A stretch of DNA of 64,000 nucleotides from the NCBI GenBank assembly GCA_965279525.1, contig CBDIIB010000005.1, positions 640,001 to 704,000 on the forward strand, written 5' to 3'. This DNA is from Tagaea sp. (GTDB lineage Bacteria; Pseudomonadota; Alphaproteobacteria; CACIAM-22H2). This document shows positions 1-10,288 of the stretch, in pieces. Position numbers and translations under genes: made by a program. The notes beneath the pieces are model-generated. The model worked only from the letters and a program-made list of their open reading frames with translations. It was not told the origin of the DNA and ran no database searches. Each line of letters opens with the position of its first letter. The first letter of the stretch is position 1.

Positions 1-13
1 CGGGAAAACTGAG

Positions 14-1348
14 ATGGCCGCAGGTTTCTTCGAACCGCCGCGCGCGGCGGCCTATGCCTTGCGCCACGTGCGCGTCCCGGCCCCGCTTGCGGCCGCGGCG
101 GCACCGGCCAGCGCCGACGGCCATCTGCTTGTCGACATCGCGGTCGCGGACGGGCGCATCGCCGACATCGTGCCCGCCGGCACGATCGATCCGTCGCGCG
201 GGCCCGACATGGCGCAGGCCAGCGTCTGGCCGACCTTCGCCGACATCCACACGCATCTCGACAAAGGCCATATCTGGCCGCGCGCGGCAAATCCCGACGG
301 CACGTTCTATGGCGCGCTGACCACCGTGATGGCCGACCGCCAGAAGAACTGGACCGCCGCCGACATCGAGGCGCGCTTCGATTTCGCACTCCGCTGCGCC
401 TACGCGCACGGCGTCAGCGCCGTGCGCACGCATCTCGACAGCTTCCCGCCGCAGGCCGAGACCTCATGGCCGGTGTTCGCAAAGCTGCGCGACAAGTGGG
501 CCGGGCGGATCGCCTTGCAGGCGTCGTCGATCGTCGCAATGGACCATTTCGGCACGGACGATGGAGCGAAGCTCGCCGATCTGGTGAAGCGCCACGGCGG
601 CCAGCTTGGCTGCGTGACGCGCATCTCGGGCGAGGACCATGTCGGCATCCCGCCCAATTTCGATGTCTACATGACGCGCGTGTTCGAGCTTGCCGAAGAA
701 CGCGGTCTCGATCTCGACCTGCATGTCGACGAATCGGGCGATCCGGAAGCGCGCACGCTGGTGCGCATCGCGAAGATGGCGACGGCACGCAAGTTCAAGG
801 GCGCCATCCTGATGGGCCATTGCTGCTCGCTTGCCGTCCAGCCCGACGAGGCGATCGACGAGGCGCTCGCCGCCTGCGTGGACGCGCGCGTCGACGTCGT
901 CAGCCTGCCGATGTGCAACATGTACCTGCAGGGCCGCGAAAAGGGCCGCACGCCGCGCTGGCGCGGCGTCACGCTGCTGCACGAAATGAAGGCCCGCGGG
1001 ATGCGCGTGGCGGTCGCCGGCGACAACGTGCGCGACCCGTTCTACGCCTACGGTGACCACGACATGCTCGAGACCTTCGTGCAGGCCGTGCGAATCGTGC
1101 AGCTCGACCATCCGTTCGGCGACTGGGCGAAGGCAGCGACGACCACGCCGGCCGACATCATGAAGCTTCCCGCGACGGGCCGGCTCGCGCGCGGCCTGCC
1201 GGCCGATCTCGTCGTGTTGCGCGCGCGCAGCTATTCCGAGCTCTTGTCGCGCCGGCAGGCCGACCGCGTCGTGATCCGCGACGGCAAGGCCATCGACACG
1301 ACGCTGCCCGACTATCGCGAACTGGACGCCGTCGCGGGCTCGCCATGA
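14..1348 (+). CDS. Cytosine deaminase-like metal-dependent amidohydrolase (CodA/pterin deaminase-like)
   Basis: HTHLDK metal motif, DLHVDE, GHCCSL, GDNVRDPFY motifs of the CodA-type amidohydrolase clade; 444 aa. Confidence 0.85.
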   Translation: MAAGFFEPPRAAAYALRHVRVPAPLAAAAAPASADGHLLVDIAVADGRIADIVPAGTIDPSRGPDMAQASVWPTFADIHTHLDKGHIWPRAANPDGTFYGALTTVMADRQKNWTAADIEARFDFALRCAYAHGVSAVRTHLDSFPPQAETSWPVFAKLRDKWAGRIALQASSIVAMDHFGTDDGAKLADLVKRHGGQLGCVTRISGEDHVGIPPNFDVYMTRVFELAEERGLDLDLHVDESGDPEARTLVRIAKMATARKFKGAILMGHCCSLAVQPDEAIDEALAACVDARVDVVSLPMCNMYLQGREKGRTPRWRGVTLLHEMKARGMRVAVAGDNVRDPFYAYGDHDMLETFVQAVRIVQLDHPFGDWAKAATTTPADIMKLPATGRLARGLPADLVVLRARSYSELLSRRQADRVVIRDGKAIDTTLPDYRELDAVAGSP

Positions 1349-2706
1349 CGGATACGTTGGCCGCGTACGACCTTGGCGGTTTCCGCAAGGCACTGCCGGG
1401 AGTCGAGATCATCGACGACCCGCAGCTCGTGCGCCTCAAAAGCCGCGACTTCTTCTGGTACAGCCCGATCCTGAAGGCGGAGCTCAACCGCAAGTCGGCC
1501 GATCTCGTCGCGGTCCCGAAGGACCAGGACGAGGCACTTCGCGTCATCGGTGCGTGCGCGCAGTTCCGCATCCCGCTTGTCGTGCGCGGCGGCGGCACCG
1601 GCAACTACGGCCAGCTCGTGCCGCTCAGGGGCGGGGTGATCCTCGATACTGCACGCCTCGACCGCACGGTCTTCGTGAAGCCCGGCGCCGGCCGATTCGA
1701 AGCCGGCGCCAATCTCGTCGAGATCGACCGGCAGGCGCGCGCGATCGGCTGGGAGATGCGCATGCATCCCTCGACCAAGCGCATGTCCGCCATCGGCGGT
1801 TTCGTCGCGGGCGGGGCTGCGGGCGTGGGATCGATCACGCTGGGCCAGCTGCGCGACTGGGGCAGCATCCCGGGCATCCGGGTCGCCACCTGCGAGCCCG
1901 TCCCCCGCATTTTCGATTTCCGCGGCCGCGACGTGGCGAACGCCACGCACGCCTACGGCACCACCGGCGTGATCCTCGAAGTCGAGATCACGCTCGCCCC
2001 GGTCTATCCGTGGTTCGACGCGGTCGTCGCCTTCGACGATTTCATGGATGCGGCCCGCTTCGGCCAGGCGCTGGGCGAGGCCGACGGCATCATGAAGAAG
2101 GAGGTCGCCGTCGTCGCCTGGCCGATCCCGGCCTGGTTCAAGGCGCTGAAGGCCGAATGTCCGGAAGGCAAGCACGTCGCGTTCTGCATGCTGGCCGGGT
2201 CCGAGAAGGCCGCATTCGAAAAGCTGGCGGCGACGCATGGCGGGCAGCTCACCGCATGGCGCCCCACACCCGACGAGACCGTGCAGGGCGAGACGCCGAT
2301 CTACGAATATTGCTGGAACCACACGACGCTGCAGGCCCTGAAGGTGGACCGGACGGTCACGTACCTGCAGACCGTGTTTCCGCTCGGCCGCAATCTCGAA
2401 GTCGTCGAGGCGATGTACCGCCATTATGGCGACGAGGTCATGCTGCATCTGGAGTTCCAGCGCCGCTTCGGGCGCGTCAACTGCTCGGCCCTGCAGGTCG
2501 TGCGCTGGACGACCAAGGAGCGGCTCTACGAGATCATCCGCCACCACGAGGCGGCCGGCTGCATCATCCCCAACCCGCACAGCTACATCCTGGAAGACAA
2601 GGGCCCAAAGGTCATCGCCGGCGACCGCCAGCTCGAATTCAAGCGCGTGTCGGATCCCTACGGGCTGCTCAATCCCGGCAAGATGACGCGCTGGAGCCCG
2701 CAATGA
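1345..2706 (+). CDS. FAD-binding oxidoreductase (GlcD/VAO family), paralog 1
   Basis: RGGGTGNYGQ FAD-binding motif, C-terminal DPYGLLNPGK; ATGA overlap with the deaminase. Confidence 0.85.
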   Translation: MTDTLAAYDLGGFRKALPGVEIIDDPQLVRLKSRDFFWYSPILKAELNRKSADLVAVPKDQDEALRVIGACAQFRIPLVVRGGGTGNYGQLVPLRGGVILDTARLDRTVFVKPGAGRFEAGANLVEIDRQARAIGWEMRMHPSTKRMSAIGGFVAGGAAGVGSITLGQLRDWGSIPGIRVATCEPVPRIFDFRGRDVANATHAYGTTGVILEVEITLAPVYPWFDAVVAFDDFMDAARFGQALGEADGIMKKEVAVVAWPIPAWFKALKAECPEGKHVAFCMLAGSEKAAFEKLAATHGGQLTAWRPTPDETVQGETPIYEYCWNHTTLQALKVDRTVTYLQTVFPLGRNLEVVEAMYRHYGDEVMLHLEFQRRFGRVNCSALQVVRWTTKERLYEIIRHHEAAGCIIPNPHSYILEDKGPKVIAGDRQLEFKRVSDPYGLLNPGKMTRWSPQ

Positions 2707-4115
2707 GCCTGTGGCCCGAACCGCCGCCGCCGGCCCCGCACGACACCGACTGGGCCGCCTTCAAGGCCGAGATCGCCCCGGTCGAGACGATCGACGAACA
2801 GGCACTCGTGCGCCAGAAATCGCGCGATTTCTACTGGTACTCGCCGATCCTGAAACGCCAGCTCGGCAAGCATTTCGGCGACCTGATCGCGATCCCGAAG
2901 GACGAGGCGGAAGTCGTCAAGGTGGCCGCCGCGTGTGCCAGGCGCCGCATCCCGCTGACCGTGCGCGGGGCCGGGACCGGCAACTACGGCCAGGCGATGC
3001 CGCTGGCCGGCGGCGTCATTCTCGACATGACGGCGATGGACAAGATCGTGTCGCTCGAAGCCGGTGCCCTCAAGGTGCAGCCGGGCATCAAGCTGATCGA
3101 CCTCGAGGCGCAGACGGTGCCGCAGGGCTGGGAACTGCGCTTCCATCCCTCGACACGGCGCACGGCGACCATCGGCGGCTTCATCGCCGGCGGCTCCAGC
3201 GGGATCGGCTCGATCAATTTCGGCGTGCTGCGCGATCGCGGCACCGTGCGTTCGCTTCGTGTCGTCACGGTCGAGGAGAGCCCCCGCATCGTCACGCTGG
3301 AAGGCGACGACGTGCAGAAGGTCGTGCACGCCTACGGCACCAACGGCATCGTAACGGAGCTGGACATCGCGCTGGCGCGCGCCTGGCCATGGGCCGAATG
3401 CATCGCGAGCTTCAAGGATTTCATGGGCGCCGTGCGCTTCTCCCAGGCGCTCTGCGAGGCCGACGCGATCGTCAAGAAGGAGGTGGCACCCATCGACTGG
3501 GGTGCCGCGAAACATTTCAAGCCGCTGCTCGGGCATCTTCGCGAGGGCGAAGCCATCGTCATCCTGACGCTCGCCGAGGCGAGCCTGGAGCCGTTCAAGG
3601 ACCTGCTCGCCGAGCATGGCGGCACATGCGTGTTCGAGCGGCCGATGACGGACGGCGCCGCCGAGATCCCGCCGCTCTACGAGTTCACGTGGAACCACAC
3701 GACATTGCAGGTGCTGAAGACCGACAAGACAATCACCTACCTGCAGACGCTGTTCCCGCCGCCCGACCATGTGGCGCTGGTCGAGAAGATGTGGAAGCAC
3801 TTCGGCGACGAAGTCGTGATGCATCTGGAATTCGTGCGTCTGCAAGGCAAGGTCGGGTGCTTCGGGCTGCAGGTCGTGCGTTACACCGCGCCCGAGCGGC
3901 TCAAGGAGATCATCGATTTCCACAACGCGAACGGCTGCCCGATCTTCGATCCGCACACGTTCCTGCTGGAAGACGGCGGCATGCGCGTGGTCGACGAGGC
4001 GCAGTACGAATTCAAGCGCGCGGCGGATCCGCATGGCCTGCTCAATCCGGGGAAGATGCGCGCCTGGGCCGAGCGCACGCCGACGACCGGCAAGTGGGCG
4101 GACGTGAAGCTCTAG
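2703..4115 (+). CDS. FAD-binding oxidoreductase (GlcD/VAO family), paralog 2
   Basis: C-terminal 470 aa of ORF 1554..4115 starting MSLWPEPP at the ATGA overlap; RGAGTGNYGQ, DPHGLLNPGK; colinear with paralog 1. Confidence 0.85.
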   Translation: MSLWPEPPPPAPHDTDWAAFKAEIAPVETIDEQALVRQKSRDFYWYSPILKRQLGKHFGDLIAIPKDEAEVVKVAAACARRRIPLTVRGAGTGNYGQAMPLAGGVILDMTAMDKIVSLEAGALKVQPGIKLIDLEAQTVPQGWELRFHPSTRRTATIGGFIAGGSSGIGSINFGVLRDRGTVRSLRVVTVEESPRIVTLEGDDVQKVVHAYGTNGIVTELDIALARAWPWAECIASFKDFMGAVRFSQALCEADAIVKKEVAPIDWGAAKHFKPLLGHLREGEAIVILTLAEASLEPFKDLLAEHGGTCVFERPMTDGAAEIPPLYEFTWNHTTLQVLKTDKTITYLQTLFPPPDHVALVEKMWKHFGDEVVMHLEFVRLQGKVGCFGLQVVRYTAPERLKEIIDFHNANGCPIFDPHTFLLEDGGMRVVDEAQYEFKRAADPHGLLNPGKMRAWAERTPTTGKWADVKL

Positions 4116-4693
4116 AAGGCTTCGAATGTCCGCCTGATCTTCGCGAGGAACACCGCCCGGCTTTCGGGCGTCGAGCCGTCCATCCGGTCGTGTGCGCGCC
4201 ACGTGAAACGGCAGCCCGGCGCGCAGATCGCGCGCACGCCGCGCGACAGGAACATCCGGCCCGGATGGCCCATGTACCAGGCGAACCACCAGGGAGCGCC
4301 CATCGTCGTCACGGCCACGACATGGCGCACGTTGGTCAGCAGCGGCCGGATCACGCCGCCATTGATGTCGAACACGATGCCGGGCGCCCACACACGGTCG
4401 AACCAGCCCTTCAGCATCGCCGGCAGGCCGTACCACCAGGTCGGATAGACGAAGACGATCGTCTCCGCCCATTTGAGACGCGCGATATGGGCCTCGATGC
4501 CCTGCGTGTTGGCGCCCGTATCGTGGTAGCGGCCGCGCTCGTCGGCATCCATCGCCGGCTCGAATCCCTCGGCGTAGAGATCGAGGAGGTCGACCGCATG
4601 GCCGCGTGCCGCAAGCGTCTTGCACGTGGCGTGGCACAAGGCGGCGGCATATGAATCCGCGCGCGGATGGCAATAGACGACGAGGATGTTCAT
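4112..4693 (-). CDS. NAD(P)H-dependent oxidoreductase, flavodoxin-like fold (MdaB/KefF family)
   Basis: MNILVVYCHP start, VYPTWWYGLPAMLKGWFDRV motif. Confidence 0.85.
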   Translation of the reverse strand: MNILVVYCHPRADSYAAALCHATCKTLAARGHAVDLLDLYAEGFEPAMDADERGRYHDTGANTQGIEAHIARLKWAETIVFVYPTWWYGLPAMLKGWFDRVWAPGIVFDINGGVIRPLLTNVRHVVAVTTMGAPWWFAWYMGHPGRMFLSRGVRAICAPGCRFTWRAHDRMDGSTPESRAVFLAKIRRTFEAF

Positions 4694-5280
4694 GCGAGCG
4701 TGGCCAGCGTGCGCGCGACTTTGGCGAGGAACGCGGTGCGCGAGGTGTGGGTCGAGCGGTTCATGTCGTAATGCGCGATGAAGCGCACCCGGGCCTGCCC
4801 GCCCGTGACGAGGCGGAAATAGCGCACGATGTTCTTGCGCGGCGGATTCCCCATCAGGAAAGTCGCGACCCACCAGGGCCGGCCATAGGTCGAGATGCCG
4901 ACGACGCGCTTCAGATGCTGCAGGTTGGGTCGCGCGATGCCGTCCTCGCCCAGCCGGAACGACACGCCGGGCAGCATCACGCGGTCGAACCAGCCCTTCA
5001 GCATCGCCGGCAGGCCGTAGGTCCAGGTCGGGTAGACGAAGACAAGGGCTTCGGCCCACTGGAGCTGTGCCACGTACGTCTCGACGCCCGCGCGGTTCTT
5101 CGACAGGTCGTGATAGTCGAGCCGCTCGGCGCGCGACAGGACCGGATTGAACCCCTCGGCGTACAGGTCGAGATCGGCGACCTCGTGGCCGGCCTGCTTC
5201 AGCGCATCGACCGCCACGCGATGGATTTCGGCGTTGTAGCTGGTCTCGACCGGATGGCAGAAGACGACGAGGACTTTCAT
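4690..5280 (-). CDS. NAD(P)H-dependent oxidoreductase, flavodoxin-like fold (MdaB/KefF family), paralog
   Basis: MKVLVVFCHP start, VYPTWTYGLPAMLKGWFDRV; ATGA overlap with the downstream paralog. Confidence 0.85.
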   Translation of the reverse strand: MKVLVVFCHPVETSYNAEIHRVAVDALKQAGHEVADLDLYAEGFNPVLSRAERLDYHDLSKNRAGVETYVAQLQWAEALVFVYPTWTYGLPAMLKGWFDRVMLPGVSFRLGEDGIARPNLQHLKRVVGISTYGRPWWVATFLMGNPPRKNIVRYFRLVTGGQARVRFIAHYDMNRSTHTSRTAFLAKVARTLATLA

Positions 5281-5308
5281 TCGGGGCACGTCATGGCGGA
5301 AAGATGAA

Positions 5309-5324
5309 AGCACGGGACATGCCA
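5309..5324 (-). promoter_or_regulatory. Putative sigma54 -24/-12 promoter for the flavodoxin-like pair
   Basis: Minus strand TGGCATGTCCCGTGCT matches TGGCAC-N5-TTGCW spacing, 28 nt upstream of ATG 5280. Confidence 0.5.
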
Positions 5325-5339
5325 ATTCTCTTGCCCGTT

Positions 5340-5355
5340 TGGCCGCCGCTTTGCA
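5340..5355 (+). promoter_or_regulatory. Putative sigma54 -24/-12 promoter for the Rieske-ABC operon
   Basis: TGGCCGCCGCTTTGCA with correct GG-N10-GC spacing, 40 nt upstream of ATG 5396. Confidence 0.5.
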
Positions 5356-5395
5356 ACGATCCGGCACGCTGCCTCCCGCCGGAAAGGTTCCGCCG

Positions 5396-6412
<1,017 letters not shown>

Positions 6413-6535
6413 CTGGAAGTTATTGATCCGGGACCAGATGGTCGTTGTCCACGGGAGAAGTTGCTGCCAACTTTCCTGACGGCTGGAAATCCAGCCTCGA
6501 AAATCGGGCGAAACAGCCCGAACAGGGAGGATCGC

Positions 6536-7528
6536 ATGACCCCGACGCGACGGAACTTTCTCTCGACGTCCGCAGGTTTCGGACTGGCCGCGGCCATGGA
6601 TGTCCGGATCGCCCTCGGGCAGGCGCTGACGAAGGTCCGGCTCACGGCCGGCGCCAATATCGGCTACTCGCACCAGTATGTCGGCGAAGCCACGGGCATC
6701 TTCCGCAAGCACGGCATCGACGCGAGCGTGATCCTGTTCGACGTGGGCTTCCTCGGGACCGAGGCGGTCATCGCGGGCCAGGCCGAGACGTCGGGCACGG
6801 TCGAGTTCCCGCTGATGAACCTCCTGTCGAAGGGGGCCGATCTCGTCGTGCCGGCGGTCATTATCACCGCGGACGACCTCAAGATCGTGGCCTTGACGTC
6901 GATCGCCAAGCCGGAGGACTTCGTCGGCAGGAAGGTCGGCTACATCTTCGGCTCGTCGGCCCATTTCGCCTTCGACCGCTATCTCTCGCATTTCGGCATT
7001 CCGCGCGAGCGCGTGACGCACATCAACGTGCCCGCGGCCGAGCAGCCCGCCTTGATGGCGCGCGGCGACATCGACGCGTTCGTCTGGCTCGAGCCGATGG
7101 TCAAGCGCGGGCTCGACATCATGCGCGGGCGCGCCCACGTGATGAAGCCGGGCATCGAAGTCGCCTACAAGACCCGCACGTACCTGCAGATGTCGCGTGC
7201 CTGGGTCGAGAAGAACCAGGAAGCGACCGTCGGCCTGCTGCGGGGCTTCGTCGAGTGCGATGCCTTCATCCGCGCCGAGCCGCGCAAGACCGCCGAGATC
7301 GCCGGCAAGAAACTGAACATCCCGGCCGACCAGGCGCAGGAACTGCTCCAGCAGGTCGGCTTCGATTTCAGCCTCTATCTCGACAAGGACCTGACCAAGG
7401 TGTTCGACGGCGTGGCCGACTGGATGCGCGGTCAGAACCGCCTCACGGGCCCGGCCCCGGACATGAGCAAGGTGTTCGTGCCGCAGTATCTCCGGCAGGT
7501 GAACCCGGCACTCGTGAAGGGCTTCTGA
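6536..7528 (+). CDS. ABC transporter substrate-binding protein, NMT1/TauA-like, Tat-exported
   Basis: GGAGG RBS at 6526-6530, TRRNFL twin-arginine motif, GRKVG and GDIDAFVWLEP motifs. Confidence 0.85.
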   Translation: MTPTRRNFLSTSAGFGLAAAMDVRIALGQALTKVRLTAGANIGYSHQYVGEATGIFRKHGIDASVILFDVGFLGTEAVIAGQAETSGTVEFPLMNLLSKGADLVVPAVIITADDLKIVALTSIAKPEDFVGRKVGYIFGSSAHFAFDRYLSHFGIPRERVTHINVPAAEQPALMARGDIDAFVWLEPMVKRGLDIMRGRAHVMKPGIEVAYKTRTYLQMSRAWVEKNQEATVGLLRGFVECDAFIRAEPRKTAEIAGKKLNIPADQAQELLQQVGFDFSLYLDKDLTKVFDGVADWMRGQNRLTGPAPDMSKVFVPQYLRQVNPALVKGF

Positions 7529-7533
7529 GGGCC

Positions 7534-8316
7534 GTGACGTCGATCGAGCTTCGGTCGGTCTCGAAGTCGTTCGACGGCGACGGGCGTGCCGGCGGCGCTT
7601 ACACGGCGCTCGACGGTCTCGATCTTGCGGTCCGGGAGGGCGAGTTCTTCTGCCTGCTCGGCCCCACCGGCTGCGGCAAGTCGACGGTCCTGCATTTGAT
7701 CGCGGGCTTCGACCAGCCGACGGCCGGCAGCATCGCGGTGCGCGGCCGGCCGGTGACCGGTCCGGGGGCGGATCGCGGCGTGGTGTTCCAGACCGAGTTG
7801 GCGCTGTTCCCGTGGCTGACGGTCGAGGAGAACGTCGCGTTCGGCCTGAAGATGCGCGGAGCGCCGGCCGCCGAACGCGCGGCGGTTCTTGACCGCAATC
7901 TCGATCTGGTCGGCCTTTCCAAGCACCGGCGGAAGTTCCCGCGCGAACTTTCCGGCGGCATGAAGCAGCGCGTCCAGATCGCCCGGGCACTTGCCAACGA
8001 TCCGGACATCCTGCTGATGGACGAGCCGTTCGGCGCACTCGACGCGCAGACGCGCAGGCGCATGCAGGAAGAAGTCGTCCGGATCTGGACGCAGGCGCGC
8101 AAGACGGTCGTGTTCATCACGCACGACATCGGCGAGGCGATCTGGCTTGCCGACCGGATCGGCGTGATGACCCGCGGACCCGCCGCCCGGGTCAAGGAAG
8201 TCGTCGAGGTCGCATTGCCTCGGCCGCGCAAGACGATGACGCCCGAGTTCGTCGAGATCTACAACGCGCTGAGCGCCTCGATCCAGGCCGAGGCGGAGGC
8301 GATGCTCAATGAATAG
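7534..8316 (+). CDS. ABC transporter ATP-binding protein (TauB/SsuB-like)
   Basis: GTG start; GPTGCGKST, LSGGMKQR, LLMDEPF, FITHD. Confidence 0.9.
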   Translation: MTSIELRSVSKSFDGDGRAGGAYTALDGLDLAVREGEFFCLLGPTGCGKSTVLHLIAGFDQPTAGSIAVRGRPVTGPGADRGVVFQTELALFPWLTVEENVAFGLKMRGAPAAERAAVLDRNLDLVGLSKHRRKFPRELSGGMKQRVQIARALANDPDILLMDEPFGALDAQTRRRMQEEVVRIWTQARKTVVFITHDIGEAIWLADRIGVMTRGPAARVKEVVEVALPRPRKTMTPEFVEIYNALSASIQAEAEAMLNE

Positions 8317-9070
8317 GTTCTTCGCCGACCGGCGCGTCTTCTATGCGATCCTCGCCGTCGGTACATGGGCCGTGTGGGAAGCGATCGCGGCGGCGTCGAT
8401 GCCGATCTTCTTTCCGCCGCCCGAGGAAGTCGCACTGGCCTTCTGGACGAGCCTCACGAACGGCACGCTCGTCGAGCATGTGCTGATGAGCTATTTCCGC
8501 ATCCTCGTCGGCTGGGTGATCGGCTGCGCGCTCGCCATCCCGCTGGGGCTGCTGGCCGGGCGCTCGCGCTTCGTGCGCGCGGTGCTCGAGCCCTATATCG
8601 AATTCTTCCGCTTCATCCCGCCGATCGCGTTCATCACGCTGTTCCTGATCTGGTTCGGGCTCGGCGAGGTCTCGAAGATCCTGCTGATCGTCTACACGTC
8701 GCTGTTCGTCGCGTTCATCAACACGCTGGCCGGAGCCATGGCCGTCGACGTCGAGAAGATCCGGGCCGCCCAGTGCATGGGTGCTTCGGCACGCCAGACA
8801 TTCATCCACGTGGTCGTGCCCGCGACCGTTCCGCACATCGTCACCGGCATCCGGCTCGCACTCGGCAATGCGTTCATGACGGTGGTCGCGGCCGAGCTCG
8901 TCGCCGCCCAGAGCGGCGTTGGACACCTGATCTGGAACTCGCGCCTGTTTGCCCAGACGGATTTCGTGTTCGTCGGCATCATCACCCTGGGGCTGATGGG
9001 CTTTGCCGCGAACTGGGCGCTGCGCCAGCTCACCATGCGCGTCGCCTACCGCTACAACATCAAGAGCTGA
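8309..9070 (+). CDS. ABC transporter permease (TauC/SsuC-like)
   Basis: Hydrophobic; RFIPPIAF, AAQCMGAS EAA-like loop, VVAAELV. Confidence 0.9.
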   Translation: MNRFFADRRVFYAILAVGTWAVWEAIAAASMPIFFPPPEEVALAFWTSLTNGTLVEHVLMSYFRILVGWVIGCALAIPLGLLAGRSRFVRAVLEPYIEFFRFIPPIAFITLFLIWFGLGEVSKILLIVYTSLFVAFINTLAGAMAVDVEKIRAAQCMGASARQTFIHVVVPATVPHIVTGIRLALGNAFMTVVAAELVAAQSGVGHLIWNSRLFAQTDFVFVGIITLGLMGFAANWALRQLTMRVAYRYNIKS

Positions 9071-9074
9071 GCCG

Positions 9075-9926
9075 ATGGCGATCGACGCGCACATCCATCT
9101 CTGGCGCCGGGCCGACGGGGACGACATCTGGCTTCCCGGTAAGATCGGCGGCCTCGCGCGCGATTTTACCGAAGCCGACTGGCGCGCGCATGCCGACGCA
9201 AGCGGCATCGACGGCGTCGTGCTCGTGCAGGCGGCGCACGAGACGGCCGAGTCGCTGCGCTGGCTGGCGGCGGCCGAGAAGCTGCCGCGCATGCTCGGCG
9301 TCGTCGCGTGGGCCGATCTCCATTCGCCAAAGCTGCGCGACGACATCGTCCGCTACAAGACGTTCGGCAAGTTCGTTGGCATCCGGCCGCTGCCGCACGG
9401 CACGTTCGGCGGCGACTGGCTGACCGATCCGCGGACCCGGACGGGGCTTGCCACGCTGCGCGACGAAAACGTCGTCACCGACATTCTGGTCAAGTGGCCG
9501 TCGCTTCGGGCGGCGACGGCACTGGTCGCGGACTTCCCCGACCTGCGGGTGGTCCTCGATCATTGCGGCCGGCCGGACACGATGACGGGCCAGATCGAGC
9601 CCTGGGCCAGCGACCTTCGCGCGTTCGCGCGCACGACGAAGGCAGTCGTCAAATGCTCGGGCCTGATCGAGCGGGCCGGCATCGAGTGGAGCAAGGCGGC
9701 CTTGCGCCCTTATGTCGAGACGGTCATCGACGCGTTCGGCCCCGCGCGCGTCATGTTCGCGACGAACTGGCCGGTCCTGGAGATCGGCGGGACCTACGAA
9801 GGCTGGGTCCGGACCTTCCGCGAGATCTGCGACGACATGGGCCTGTCGGCAGCCGACCGGCTGGAGATGTTCGAGGGGACCGCGCGGCGTGCGTATGGCC
9901 TTCAGGGGTCGGCAGGCGGGGCGTAA
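9075..9926 (+). CDS. Amidohydrolase family protein (lactonase-like, Amidohydro_2)
   Basis: IDAHIHLW, VVLDHCGRP, FGPARVMFATNWPV. Confidence 0.85.
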   Translation: MAIDAHIHLWRRADGDDIWLPGKIGGLARDFTEADWRAHADASGIDGVVLVQAAHETAESLRWLAAAEKLPRMLGVVAWADLHSPKLRDDIVRYKTFGKFVGIRPLPHGTFGGDWLTDPRTRTGLATLRDENVVTDILVKWPSLRAATALVADFPDLRVVLDHCGRPDTMTGQIEPWASDLRAFARTTKAVVKCSGLIERAGIEWSKAALRPYVETVIDAFGPARVMFATNWPVLEIGGTYEGWVRTFREICDDMGLSAADRLEMFEGTARRAYGLQGSAGGA

Positions 9927-9948
9927 CCTTCCGGCATCGCCGTCCGAA
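9923..9948 (+). promoter_or_regulatory. SigF-type ECF promoter
   Basis: GTAACC-N16-CGAA, the motif described for Caulobacter SigF, upstream of the small ORF-sigma-anti-sigma unit. Confidence 0.7.
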
Positions 9949-10006
9949 CGGACCATACCGGACCCTAGAAATTTTGGGCCGGCCCTCGAATGCCGGAGAA
10001 TCCGTC

Positions 10007-10213
10007 ATGGCCTTGGAAATCGTAAACGGGGTTCCGTGCTTCAACTGCACGGACGTCGAAAATGCGAAAAAATCACCGCCGCAGGACTCGTCGACCCTAT
10101 TTGTGGCCCTTGCCGCAGACAGCGGTCGCGCACCGGGTCCGCAGCCGTTCCAGACTCCCAATGATCCGCTCGCCCTCGGCGACCGTGGCCGGATCTACAA
10201 TTTCGGAGCCTGA
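10007..10213 (+). CDS. Small CxxC protein (68 aa), unknown function
   Basis: GGAG RBS; MALEIVNGVPCFNCTDVENAKK...; C-terminal part of ORF 9308..10213; behind the SigF-type promoter. Confidence 0.6.
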   Translation: MALEIVNGVPCFNCTDVENAKKSPPQDSSTLFVALAADSGRAPGPQPFQTPNDPLALGDRGRIYNFGA

Positions 10214-10288
10214 GTGACAGCCATACCGGCCGTCGGCTGGCGCGGAATCCGCTTTTCCGACGCGGGGTTTGTGCAATGCTCCCGCGCG

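Noticed and set aside
1554-2702. N-terminal 383 aa of the 853-aa ORF
   Set aside because: Arg/Pro-rich off-frame read of paralog 1; the real gene starts at the ATGA overlap at 2703, so there is no fusion or frameshift
6445-7533. Apparent long N-terminal extension of the ABC ATPase
   Set aside because: Overlaps the binding-protein gene in another frame; ATPase starts at GTG 7534
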